A stretch of 64,000 bases of DNA from Massalongia carnosa. Taxonomy: Eukaryota. Numbering within the stretch: the first letter of the stretch is position 1; each line of letters opens with the position of its first letter. The notes beneath the pieces are model-generated. The model was not told the DNA's origin. It saw only the letters and a list, made by a program, of their open reading frames with translations, and did not search any database. The stretch lies in contig OZ287084.1 in NCBI GenBank assembly GCA_965645245.1, positions 992,001 to 1,056,000 on the forward strand, written 5' to 3'. Below, piece after piece: positions 53,386-63,833 of the stretch. Position numbers and translations under genes: made by a program.

Positions 53386-56300
53386 AGATAGATAGATAGA
53401 TATATTCTTACGCCGATATGTCACCGGCCGAAGGCCGGCCCATGCGGGATGGACTACTATGCTACAAGAAAACCTTTAAGAGGAATAAAAACCCATTGCC
53501 AACGCTGCGCGTACGAGGTCCCAACGACCTCCAGCTGTGCTGCTCGTGTGCTTTTTCGATGAGTCCCTTGAATGAAAAGAAAATTATTGCTTGTATAGCA
53601 AGCTTGCCGATAAAGAAAATTGCGCCAAAACGCCAGCTTCGATAATCCATCTCGTTACCTGTTTCAATGTTTTGGATGTTTCGAGTATCGTACGATACTC
53701 GTTGGTATTTATACGCCGAAACAGCTCTTGTCTTCCCGTCATTAATGGGCAGTGCATGATTACGTGTTTGGCCGTTTGCTGGGGCCAACCACAGCTGCAG
53801 GCCGCCGTCGTCACGTTGGGAACTCGTCGTTTAAATAGAAAACTTGCCAGACCTATTTTTTCCGTGCGAATTTGGGTAGCTAACGCGCTTTCCGCTTTTG
53901 CCAGATTGTCGTGTATTTTGATTCATCCTTTGGTTAAAGAAGCGCGCTGTGCTTCGGTGGGAAAGGGTACGCGATCTTGATATGCTTTCCAGGTTGTCTG
54001 CCATTTCGTTTTGTAATGCGCTTTTGTGGCTTTCGTGTGAGCGCTGCGACTCATCCTGACTGCATTGGCTGTGAGCATGTGTTGCTCCGTAGGCGTGATC
54101 CAGGGTGGGTGCGGCGTTGGGGCTGCGGTGGGTATGGCGCTGATCACTATGTTTTTGGCCCATTCGTGCTTGAGCATTCCTGGGGTCGGTTTCAGCGATC
54201 TTTTCTTGCCCGCTTTTCCGCGCAACTTGCGTTCTATCTCCTTGCAGAAAGACGAGATGAGTCTCGTTTGCCCGGCGGTTCGTTGGCGATATCTCGCTTT
54301 GACTTGTAATTCTTCCAAATGCGATTCTATAGACGTCACGTGCGTTTCGGTTTCCAATACTGGAATCGGGGTGGCCCGAAATGCACCCGTTATTGTTCGC
54401 AAGCACTTGTTTTGCATGACCGCCAGCTTGCTCGTCGCGGCTTTGCTTTTCCCTATTTCTTTCGGTGTGTGCCATACGGCGGATGCGTAGGTCATTGCCG
54501 GACGAACGACCGCAATATAAACCTGTCTGGCCTTCGAGAACGAGGCTCCCCATGTGGACGCGGAGATCCTGGTCAGTGCACCCGATTGTTTCGTCAATTT
54601 TTCTTGAGTTTTCCGTACATGGGCTCCCCATCTCATTTTGGTGTCGATTTGTAGACCCAGCACCCTGATATCCGGTTTGGGTTCGATCGTTTTTGTGCTT
54701 ATCCTGATGGTGGCCGTCATGTCGAATTTTTTCGGATTTCTGGACAGATGAATAAGCTCGTATTTGCTCGGGGCAAACACGGAGCCGTGGCGTAAGGACC
54801 ATCTCTCGCATTCCTTGTGAATTCTTTCTAGCGTTCTGCAGTTTTCCTCGGTGCTTTTGCCGTATGCCAGAACGTTGACGTCGTCTGCGAAGCCCAGTGA
54901 GCTTGTATTCGTGCCTGGTCTTTGACATATTTCCAGTAGGTCTGCGTTGTAGAATAAATATAGAATCGGGGAAATGGGAGAGCCCTGGGGGATCCCTGTT
55001 CTCACATCGAATACGTCGGTGGTGCGTCGTTGGATCGTAAGCGTTGTCCTTCTTTCGCTCAAGAAGCTCTCGGTCCAATCGGTAATCCATTTGGGAATCT
55101 TTCTCTTTCGCAGATTGTGTATCAATCTTTGGTGAGATACGGTATCGAACGCTCCTGCTACGTCCATGCTGAGCAGTGTTGCCACCTTGTCGTTGCCCTG
55201 GCCCCAGACCGTGTGCACCTGTTCCGTGAGAAGTTCCAGTGCCGATTCGGTGGATCTTCCTCTACGAGCCCCCATCTGCATGTCGGGTAGCAGGTTGTTG
55301 CTCTCGGCCATGTGGGTGATTCTTCTTGCGATCACTGCTTCTAGTACCTTGCCCATTGTGTTCAATAACGCTATCGGTCGATAGGCTTTCGGGGTCGTGT
55401 AATCGTCTTTGCCCGGTTTTTTCAGCGTGATTGTGTTTGCGATTTTGAAGGCTCGAGGATGGTACGCGAGCGTTACGCAGGCCTGATACAGTGGGGTGAG
55501 TAGGTCCGTTAGCTTCTCGGCGCATGCTTTTAGGATTCTGTTGGAAATGCCGTCCGGTCCGGACGCCTTGTCCGCACTGAGTCGTTGGATGTTCGTAAGA
55601 ACCTCTTCTCTCGTTATTCTCTCTGGGCATTCGATTTCGGCGGGATAGAACGCTCCGGGTATGTCGCGTAGATCCGCCGGGGGCGGTGCTGGAAAGAAAG
55701 TGCTCTTAAGCATTTCGGATTTCTCTTCGAATGTGAACGCTTTTTGATCGTTGAATTCGAGCGATGGCATTTTCGGTACTTCGCGGCCTGCATTGCTCTT
55801 GTTTTTGGCCCATTTGGCGAGTTTCCAGATTCCCTGGGGCGATTCGGTGGCGCGGCTTATCTCTTTACGAAACGAGAGCGTTTTCGCTTTTTGAATTATC
55901 TTTTGTTTTTTGTCGTTCGCCTTCATGTACGCTATCCAATCTTCCCTGAGATGTGTGGCGCTCCATATTCTGCGCAGTCTGCGGGATTGCTTTGTGGCGT
56001 CGTTGCATTCGGGATTCCAAAAGGGTTTGGCGTGTGCGCTTGGTTTCGCCCACGGGACGGAAGCGGCGATCACCCGCTGAAGAAACTTCTGTATTGGCGT
56101 GAGTGTATTCGTCAATCTCCTCGCGCGAGCGTGGGTGACTCGTAGGGGGGGCGGTCTGCTCAGCCTCTCTTAGCTTTTCCATGTTCAGAAGCTTCCAGGC
56201 TCGGCGTTTAATGGGCGTAGGTATCTCGTAGCCTAGTAGGATGCGGGTAGATATCGGGATGTGATCTGACGATTGATTCAAGTCGGGTCTCGTCTTGCAA

Positions 56301-57316
56301 TGCTCTATTCTTTCTGCTAAGTATTCCGACATGAATACTAGATCTATGGTGCTGAACGACCCTCGAGCTTCCCACGTCACTGAGCCTTTGGGCAGTGTTA
56401 ACGATAGGTCGTGATTCTCTACTAGATCTAGCAGATGGTCGGCTGCGGTGTGTTGAGTGGGCCTCGTAGGGCCGTTCCAGAGCGGGTGGTGTAGATTGAA
56501 ATCGCCGATCACAACGTGTTCCGCCTCGGCGGCGAGTTGGCGACTCAATATCGGTATGGACGAAGGACTATCTATGGATGAATAGGAGATTGGAGAAGGA
56601 TTATACACGTTGTGTATATGCATTGTTTTCTCGTTTTCTTGTTCTTTGATTTTTATTTTCAGCGTGCATATGTCCGACGAGGGAAACTCAATCTCCCAGC
56701 TTTCCGGATCGATTTTTTCGTTAATATAGAAGCACACTCTCGTGTCGCCACCTGGGCGATACAGAAGATGGAATCCACTTTGAAAGGAACTAAGCGTGGT
56801 CGGGCCGTTGGGGTTGCGCCACGGCTCTTGAATCGCTATTACATCGTAATTTTGTACTCTCTGATCTGCTAATAACAGTATCATGGTTGTTACGCGGTCA
56901 TTTCTGACGTTGTACTGTAATATGTTGATAAAGTGTGTGTCCGTCATAGATCAGTTTCCATGTTTTCCGTTTGCGGGGGAATCGTTTTCGGTTCCACATT
57001 GAGGGGGACTTCGGGGGGAGAGGGAGGGGAGGGGGGAATCGTAGAGGGGGGGCGGGGGGGGGGATGGGTGGCTTCTGTCTCCGGCGCTGCTGATGCGGCG
57101 GGAGCTTGCTGCGCGGTTGCTACGTTTGGGGGTCTGCCCAGAGTTGGCTTGGCCATCGCTCTTTGCATATTGCTAGGTTTCATGATCTCGATGTCTTTCC
57201 ACGCTCCTCCTTGGACGGGGCCGGGAGGGGCGGAGGACCGGGGGTTGGGCGTGGTGGGTGAGGCAGCGGTAGCTACCTTTCTCTTCTTGTTCGTGATTAC
57301 TTTGTTTGGGCTAAGA
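53386..57316 (-). mobile_element. Tad1-like non-LTR retrotransposon (LINE), 5'-truncated within ORF1, mildly decayed
   Basis: ORF1 C-terminus (56944-~57316); APE endonuclease (LQYNV, IQEPW, IGDFNLHHPLW, STIDL, SDH); RT (YRPIALLNTMGKVLE, GIPQGSPISPILY, FADD); C-terminal CSCG..H..HC finger; 3' UTR hairpin and (ATCT)n tail. Confidence 0.95.
53584..56947 (-). pseudogene. LINE ORF2 (endonuclease-RT-Zn finger) with one frameshift (~56100) and one in-frame stop (53923-53925)
   Basis: ORFs 55865..56947, 53923..56115 and 53584..53814; the last two are in the same frame across a TGA. No RNase H domain visible. Confidence 0.9.
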
Positions 57317-58026
57317 ATGATAAAATAGAGTTGACATCTCCTTCGTGAAGTCTCTATCCCAGTTTTCGTTCGTCTCACTGGTGCGTTTTACGGCCCAAGA
57401 CTATTGATGAATTCTACGATTGGGGTGAACGACGTCCCTTTCGCCCAGGTCAAACCCAGTTTACTCCTTAAGCATATATCAAGGGCGAGTCTAGCCGTAG
57501 CCCATGCGCCGGCGAACCGACGGGTCTCGTTACGAGCGAGATAGACATTCCCTGCTCTATATACACCGACATGCGCATACTGTCCTCTCGGGCTATGCAG
57601 ACGGTCTCCGTACGGTGGCCGCCATTGCATACCACGCCTCACGGGTTTTTTACGCCCACTTCGCGTTATTCATAAAGGTCTCCCGTTTATGAACCGACCA
57701 TGTCTCGCAGGGATTTCGACCACTATACTCCTGACCAGGCAGTATAGTGTCGATTTTCCGTCCCTACTAACCAAAAGGAGTAGAGGACAACTCGGAGGGG
57801 TGCTCGTTTGAAATTCGTCTATTAGCTCAGGGCCTAGACTGTTATCAATTAACGGGTTCCTCGTATATTGCCCTCTTCTTGTCCCAAGGGTGTCCTATTT
57901 GATGACTAGGTTGCCTCCACCATCCCCGGTACGACTCCGGTTCGGGCCGTGTTGCTCACGGTAGCCATCAATCGGATGGTTTTCATAACCCAAATCCCTT
58001 GTATCGTGTAGGATGTGACCCTACAC
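57317..58026 (-). ncRNA. ORF-less hairpin-rich sequence, copy 2 of a putative structured RNA/element family
   Basis: Many hairpins (TTCATAAA..TTTATGAA, CACTATACT..AGTATAGTG, GTGTAGG..CCTACAC). TCCCTGC/GCAGGGA long-range helix. Motifs colinear with 52260-52920. Confidence 0.45.
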
Positions 58027-58132
58027 TATGTGTCTATATGTTTTATTTCTTTCAGCCGGAGGGCTCCGTGTTGTAGACGAAGGAGACCCGTGTGATAGAC
58101 ATAGCTGACCCGTGTCGTACGTCTTTAGCTCT

Positions 58133-58858
58133 CAGCCGCTGACTGCATGAAAGGACTTGAACCTTTAAGAGTATGACCGAACGTTGTTAACGAGGTCTAT
58201 GAAAATCTTATTAACGAGGTCTTCGAGAACAATATTAACGAAGTTCCGCTGAACTCTTTTCATTCGTTTTGTGATCCATCGAGGTCTACCCGTGTCAAAT
58301 CCACACCATGCCCGTGTCAAAATACATTATTTTCAGCTGATGACTGCTAGAAAGGACTTGAACCTCTAAAAATATGTACTCCGATATTAACGGGGTGCAG
58401 ATCTGTCTTAACGAGCCCCCGCAGAACCCCCTTCACAGGGACGTGTTATTGATTTGTGACTGTGTTTTTTGTGACTGTGTGTTTTGTGACTGTGTTTTTT
58501 GACTGTGTGTTTGTGACTGTATGTTTGTGACTGTGTGCTTTGTGACTGTGTGCTTTGTACAACATGTGATTGATGACTATGTGTTTTGTGACTCTGTGTT
58601 TTCCTCGATTTTATTTAACAGGCCGGGCCTATTAAATGGGATATTGTTATTCTGCTCCGAGATGGAGTTTTCTTGAGGTGACAGCATTCGCCCGGGTGCC
58701 TTTACGCGTTCTGTTGATCCCAGCTGATGACTGCATGGGGGGACTTGAACTCTCAGGAGCTAGAACGCGTGTCGACTGTGCCCGGGTGGGGGATGATGCG
58801 GCTCCTTTGGTCCACATCTTCTTTCAGCTGATGACTGCATGAAGGGACTTGAACCCTT
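58133..58858. repeat. Four dispersed copies of a 34-bp motif CAGCTGATGACTGCATGAAAGGACTTGAACC(TTT)
   Basis: Copies at 58133, 58334, 58721 and 58825. The minus strand reads RGTTCAAGTCC (B-box/T-loop consensus) in all four. Confidence 0.85.
58454..58601 (+). repeat. Minisatellite of ~13-15-bp TTTGTGACTGTGT(G)T units, about 9 copies
   Basis: Read directly. Confidence 0.9.
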
Positions 58859-59040
58859 AGAAGCATGGTGCAGGGACGCGCGCATTCTACCCCCCGGCGG
58901 TTGGCCTTCGTATCCTCTTCCGTACGTACGTCTGCGACGCGTGTGAACGCGTTAAATTAGCATTGTTTTGATGCGAAGAGATGGGAGCAAATCTATGTTT
59001 GACGGTCGCCCCACGGTGAGGCCTTTGGCGTCTCCGTGGT

Positions 59041-59188
59041 GAGGACCGATGGTGTAGAAGGAGGAGGACCGATGGTGTAGAAGGAGGAGGGCCGATGGTG
59101 TAGAAGGAGGAGGACCGATGGTGTAGAAGGAGGAGGGCCGATGGTGTAGAAGGAGGAGGACCGATGGTGTAGAAGGAGGAGGACCGAT
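59041..59188 (+). repeat. 23-bp minisatellite GAGGACCGATGGTGTAGAAGGAG, about 6.4 copies
   Basis: Units start at 59041, 59064, 59087, 59110, 59133, 59156 and 59179 (partial). Copies 3 and 5 carry a GGGCC variant. Confidence 0.95.
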
Positions 59189-59753
59189 CATTATGATTAT
59201 ATGATTATATAATAATATAGATATATATAATCGTGATGTTAAAAATGAAGAGTTGTTATATGTAAGATTTCAAGAAGCTGTCTTTCCGTCACAGGAGAAT
59301 AAAGACTTGACAAAGATGAAGAGCAGACTTCAGAGCGATTATTTTTGCTAAGACTCTGTACGAGTCATTGTTGAAATAGATATATGACTATGATTATATG
59401 ACTATGATAAAAATGATATGCTAGTGAAACGCAGCCACCTTGTGTATATTGCTATTCTAATGTTTGGGCAAAGTCCTGACCCTAGGGAGTGGCAGGACAC
59501 CGTTCGTGCGCCGTCCACGCAGGGTACGGAGCCGAATCGGGTAGGCTACGAGGTCCATGGACGCTGTAGATGCGAACCTTGGGGTCAAGACATACTCCCA
59601 AAACCCCAAAACCGTGTTCCTCGCAGAGGAAAGGGTTAGAGCGTGCGAAGTCTCGCGATGATGCGGCTGCGGTGTAGATGTGAAGAGAGTTCGGGTAAAG
59701 CGTGGGATGTTTGTGAGAAGGGTCCGTCGAGATGTATGTGAAAAATGTGATTT

Positions 59754-60770
59754 TCAGGCTCTGTGATGTCGTTTCGAGGCATTCCATATAATTGAAGGAT
59801 TTGTATGTATGTATAATCGGTAGGCGTCCGACTTCCAACGTCCTAGCAACTTGATTTCATCCTCGCTCAGGCCGGCGTTTTTCGCGGAAGTGGCGGCGCC
59901 TCTGCGAAAGGAGTGACCTGAATAATTTCCTTGGTATCCCTTGTCTTTTAAGACGTCTCGTAATGCTTTCGTGACGAGATTCCGCGTGAAGGCCTTTTTT
60001 GGATAGAATAAAGGTTGAGTGAGATCTGTGGGAAAGCGTTCGGTCAGATTTCTCAACGATCGAACTGGGCAGGCTTCGTCGTTGACAGCCGCTACTGTGA
60101 CTGTGACGCCTTGTCGGAAGAGGTCCGTCTTGGAGGCGGGGAGAGTCAGTTGTAATCTGTCCTCGCTCAGTAATAATGAATCTCTGGTTATGTGCCATTG
60201 GGCAAAGTCGTCTCCCCACATGTTTTCTTCCCATGTGAATTCTTCGATACGTAAAAAGGCCGCAAAGGCTAAGCAAAAGGCCGCGTGCAATGTGGCTCCT
60301 CTTAAGGAATTTTGGTCAAAAGTATTGACTATTTCTTTTAGGATGGACCGGGTTATAGGTCGACGTTCTCGTGGCTAGACAGCGGGGCGGAGCCGGCGTA
60401 TGCCTGCTACGATTCTTTCTAGTTGGGGATGATGAAATATATTTAATTCAGCCTTCGACGCGCCTCTTTCGACTTGATAATATCTGATGCTGCTTATGTA
60501 TTGTTTTATGGTTTTTGGATTAATTCCCCTATCGCCTAAATAGGCTGCCCAGTCGCATAATGATCGGATAGACGGAGGAAAAGAGACATGAGTCCATAAC
60601 GCGCAATATTCGGTGTAGCTTCATCGTGCCTGCTCATACGATGTCCTAGTCCCTGTAGCTAGGCCCCACCATAAATATCTCGCCGCTGAGTTTGACAATT
60701 CTTGATTTTGGAACCAGTGTTCCGGTGGTTCACCGGTTGTGCCCCGAGGGCTAATGCCATGTCCTGCAGT
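59754..60770 (-). pseudogene. Tyrosine recombinase of the YR retrotransposon (in-frame stops in the N-terminal half)
   Basis: R-K-HxxR-W-Y catalytic set in ORF 59754..60290. The upstream part (YLWWGLATGTRTSY..) is interrupted by stops. It overlaps the end of pol in a different frame. Confidence 0.9.
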
Positions 60771-62880
60771 AAAGGATAATTGTCAGCGATTTTGTTCCAT
60801 TGACCGCGGGAAAGCATATCTGCCAGAGTGTTTTCTCTTAATGAGATCCAATGTCATTCAATGACGATGTCATGTAATGCTAATAGCATGGCAATATCTC
60901 GCAGGGGCTTCATGGCCGGGCCACGTATGGAGCCGTTCCGTAGTCCATTTACGACCGCTTGATTGTCGCCATATATAACGAGTTTGGATCCTTTGAAAAT
61001 AGGTAACCATTTACGCAATGCGTGTAGTATAGTCATCATTTCTTTGACATTGATATGCTTTTTCATGTCTCTGGACGAGGTCCTTATCGAGAATACCTCG
61101 GCGGGTGAGACTAGAGATTCCTTTGAGTGTCCTTCGTCGATCATCCCGGTTATTTCGTGATGTGTCATGCGTGACGCGTTATATTCCCGGACGAGGTCCG
61201 ATGAATCCTTGATACCTCGAGCAGATGCAGCGAGAAGTTCTTTAGAATTTTCTTCGTCTGTCATCCCGGCCATCCGCATCGAAGACACCTCGGCAGACAC
61301 CTCCAGAAATTCGCTGTAACTTCCTTCTTCGGTTATCTCGGTTGTCCCGGATTTAAAGGTTCGCATTGCGATGTCCCCGGACGAGGTCCGTATGGCGGAC
61401 GTCCCGGCAGGTGTGACTAGGAATTCGCTGGAATTCTCGTCGTCTATCACCCCGACTATCCCCTGAGACTGCGTGACCCGGACATCTTGTATCCTTAACT
61501 CGTTATCTGAAGACGTCTCGAAAGAGGTTGAGTTCTTCTTCTTTGAAGGCATCCAATGAGGGGGTCTCGTGGGAGCACCCCGTCTTGGGAGAGATACCTC
61601 GGCAAATGCACGCTGTGTTTCGGTTGTCTCTAATATTTGTGAGTTTGAACGACGAGAAAGCGTGCCCGCTTTGGAGGAGTGTGGGGTTCGGTGCACCGAA
61701 TAGTACCCGCCCATTCCCCATGTTCCCGAAGCGTCTGTCCATAAACTTATCTCATCTCTAGTGTTCAAAGATCGCAAAATTTGAACGCCATTCCATCGGG
61801 GAAAGAAGTATTGCCACCATAATAGATCTAATCGCATGTCGCCGGCAATGCGGATCCGACTCGTGTCTTCGCCGAGGGCGGTAAATAGGCGGCGTAGAAA
61901 GGCTCTGCCTGGTTTGACCACTTTGGCCGCAATTGATAGAAACCCCAGAAGAGAACGTAATTCGTCTTTGATCATATAATGTTGCGTTAATGCGCTGTTG
62001 ACCCGCTCGATAGCTTTTTTTAGCTTGTCGGGAGGTAGACGGGCTTCCATGCGTTGGGTGTCTAGCGTTAACCCGAGAAAATCGCAGATGTGTCCCGTCT
62101 CTCCCTTTGATGCGTTTATTCGCATGCCCAACTCTTCGCACAACGTGTCGAACGCGGACTCGTAACGAGAAGCTTCCTCGCTGATCTTGACGATTGCGAG
62201 GAAGTCGTCTAAATAATGTAGGATTAGTCAGGTTTGAACGATTAACATCCAATTTATTCCCTTGGCAAAGAGATTGAAGATGAATGGAGAGGTACGAAGA
62301 CCGAATGAGAGGAAGATGTTCATTCAATACGAATTGTTTCATTGAAAACCTAGTAACCATCAGTCCGTTCTTGCGACGGGAATGTGCCGGAAGGCGTCCG
62401 CGAGGTCGCGTTTCACGAGATATGCTCCTCGTTCGACGTTAAGAAGAGCTTCTAATGCTTCATCAAATGATGTGTATTCTAGGGCGCCTCATTCAGCGGG
62501 AATGTGATAATTGACCGAGCCTTTGCGTGGATGAGACAAGTGATGAATTCTTCGCCATTTGTCATTGGGCTTGGGGACGAGGCCCAGCGGGGAGGACATA
62601 AAGTGAGACGGTGATTCCCCTACGGGTATCACTCGATGCTGTCGAATTTGTTTGTCTAGATCTTTGTATAACACTTCAGGTGCGTCTTTGGCCGAGGATA
62701 GTTCGGGCTTAAGATACGCTGTTTTGGTCCTGTGTAGCCAAGTCTTGCCCCGTATCGAATGATGTTAAGAATCGTCTTTTTGTAGACTCTATCTGGATGT
62801 TTCTCTAATCGTCATTTCCATCCCGCTGACTTAAGCGGGCACCGTACCTCGTCCGCATCTATCCGGTATGGAAAACCTTC
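60660..62880 (-). pseudogene. RT-RNase H (pol) of the YR retrotransposon, multiple stops and a frameshift
   Basis: YLDD at ~62204-62215; RNase H motifs in ORF 60854..62143; frameshift at ~62700. Confidence 0.9.
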
Positions 62881-62899
62881 GGAAATAGACGAGAGGGCG

Positions 62900-63833
62900 C
62901 TTGGGACGGATAGTCATGAGGTGGGCTTGCTTTGTTGTTGAGGATATGGATTTACACGCGTACGACAATCGCGTTGAGGATGATGACGTCCGCATGACGC
63001 GCACGCGTGACGAAAAGTGCAGTTGGTTGGGCATTCGTCACCGTTATTTTATCGTCTCCACGCTGCTATGCCGCGTTGATCGTCTTGACTTGATATGCGT
63101 TGAACGAGGGAGTTCGTGCTTTGTATTCGACGAAGATTGGAACCCGCGTTGTATTCGATTTTCCGACGAAGGTCTCGTTCTTCTAAACCTCTGTTCGGGG
63201 TCCGCCAACCGCGTGGATCATCTACGCCCTCTACAAGGCGGGCTTTGTGAAAGCCGAAGTGAAATTGACGAATTGATTCGAATGTGTATAGAAGAGACCA
63301 GTCTAGTAATTGATCAATGTAGACGTGCATTGCCACCTGCAGTTCCATTTGTGTGCCCGCGTGAGCGATGTGAATGACGATTGACAGTATAGGAGGAACG
63401 CGCGAAGAAGATGTGTGATTCCTCTTGCGTCCGAGGCCAGAGCATCCTCTTCCTGGTATTCCACCTCGGTTGATCCAATTCTTAAGTATTTGTTTTTGGG
63501 CTGAACTGACTCGTATTCGGTTGACAGCTTCATAATGTTTTCCACCTTGAACTTGTTGTCGCGGTTGTTTTTGAAGTGTTCCGTGTCCACCATTGGGAAT
63601 CTCGCTATCAGAGAATGAAATATAGGGGACGCACCCTCAGCATGAAATGTCGCGAACGTGCTCTGTCTCGCTGATAGTGTTAGAGGATTCGTGGGTTGGG
63701 TGGCTTCTGTGCGGGACGCCGCCGCCTCGTCTCTGAGGCGTTGTATTTCGCGTTCGAATTCCGCCTCCTCTTGTTCAATTTCCCTGCTGTTTGCTTCGGC
63801 TAGTAGTCTTTCGGCTTCCGCTCCGAGGGCCAC
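62900..63833 (-). pseudogene. Gag-like ORF1 of the YR retrotransposon
   Basis: Coiled coil; HLLRAFLLYCQ and YTFESIRQFHFGFH..DDPRGW blocks split by frameshifts; C-terminal CPTNCTFRHACASCGRHHPQRDC Zn-finger signature. The 5' part may extend further. Confidence 0.7.

Noticed and set aside
53831..55090. 419-aa alternative-frame ORF inside the LINE RT
   Set aside because: Shadow ORF overlapping ORF2 with no recognisable domain.
57410..57540. Group I intron (IE-like CGTAACG and GCTTAAGG words on -)
   Set aside because: No P7 pairing or convincing P/Q elements could be built.
58133..58858. Hammerhead ribozyme array (CTGATGA...GAAA on +)
   Set aside because: Only copy 2 has both CTGATGA and GAAA, stem II cannot form (CTGCTA), and the stem I register is off by one. 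Not supportable without a cleavage assay.
59041..59188. CRISPR array
   Set aside because: Units are contiguous with no unique spacers; eukaryotic context with no cas genes.
57317..59190. rDNA IGS/5'-ETS fragment (GGATTTGG and TCAAACGAG words resembling yeast U3-pairing sites, subrepeats)
   Set aside because: No 18S/28S sequence adjoins, the matches are short, and a diverged second copy at 52.3-52.9 kb fits a dispersed family better. A blastn against this genome's rDNA would settle it.
62228..62491. TGA=Trp (mitochondrial code 4) origin of the YR element
   Set aside because: TGG is also used, there are frameshifts and a TAG stop, and parallel missense changes in the same CC/GG context point to mutation.
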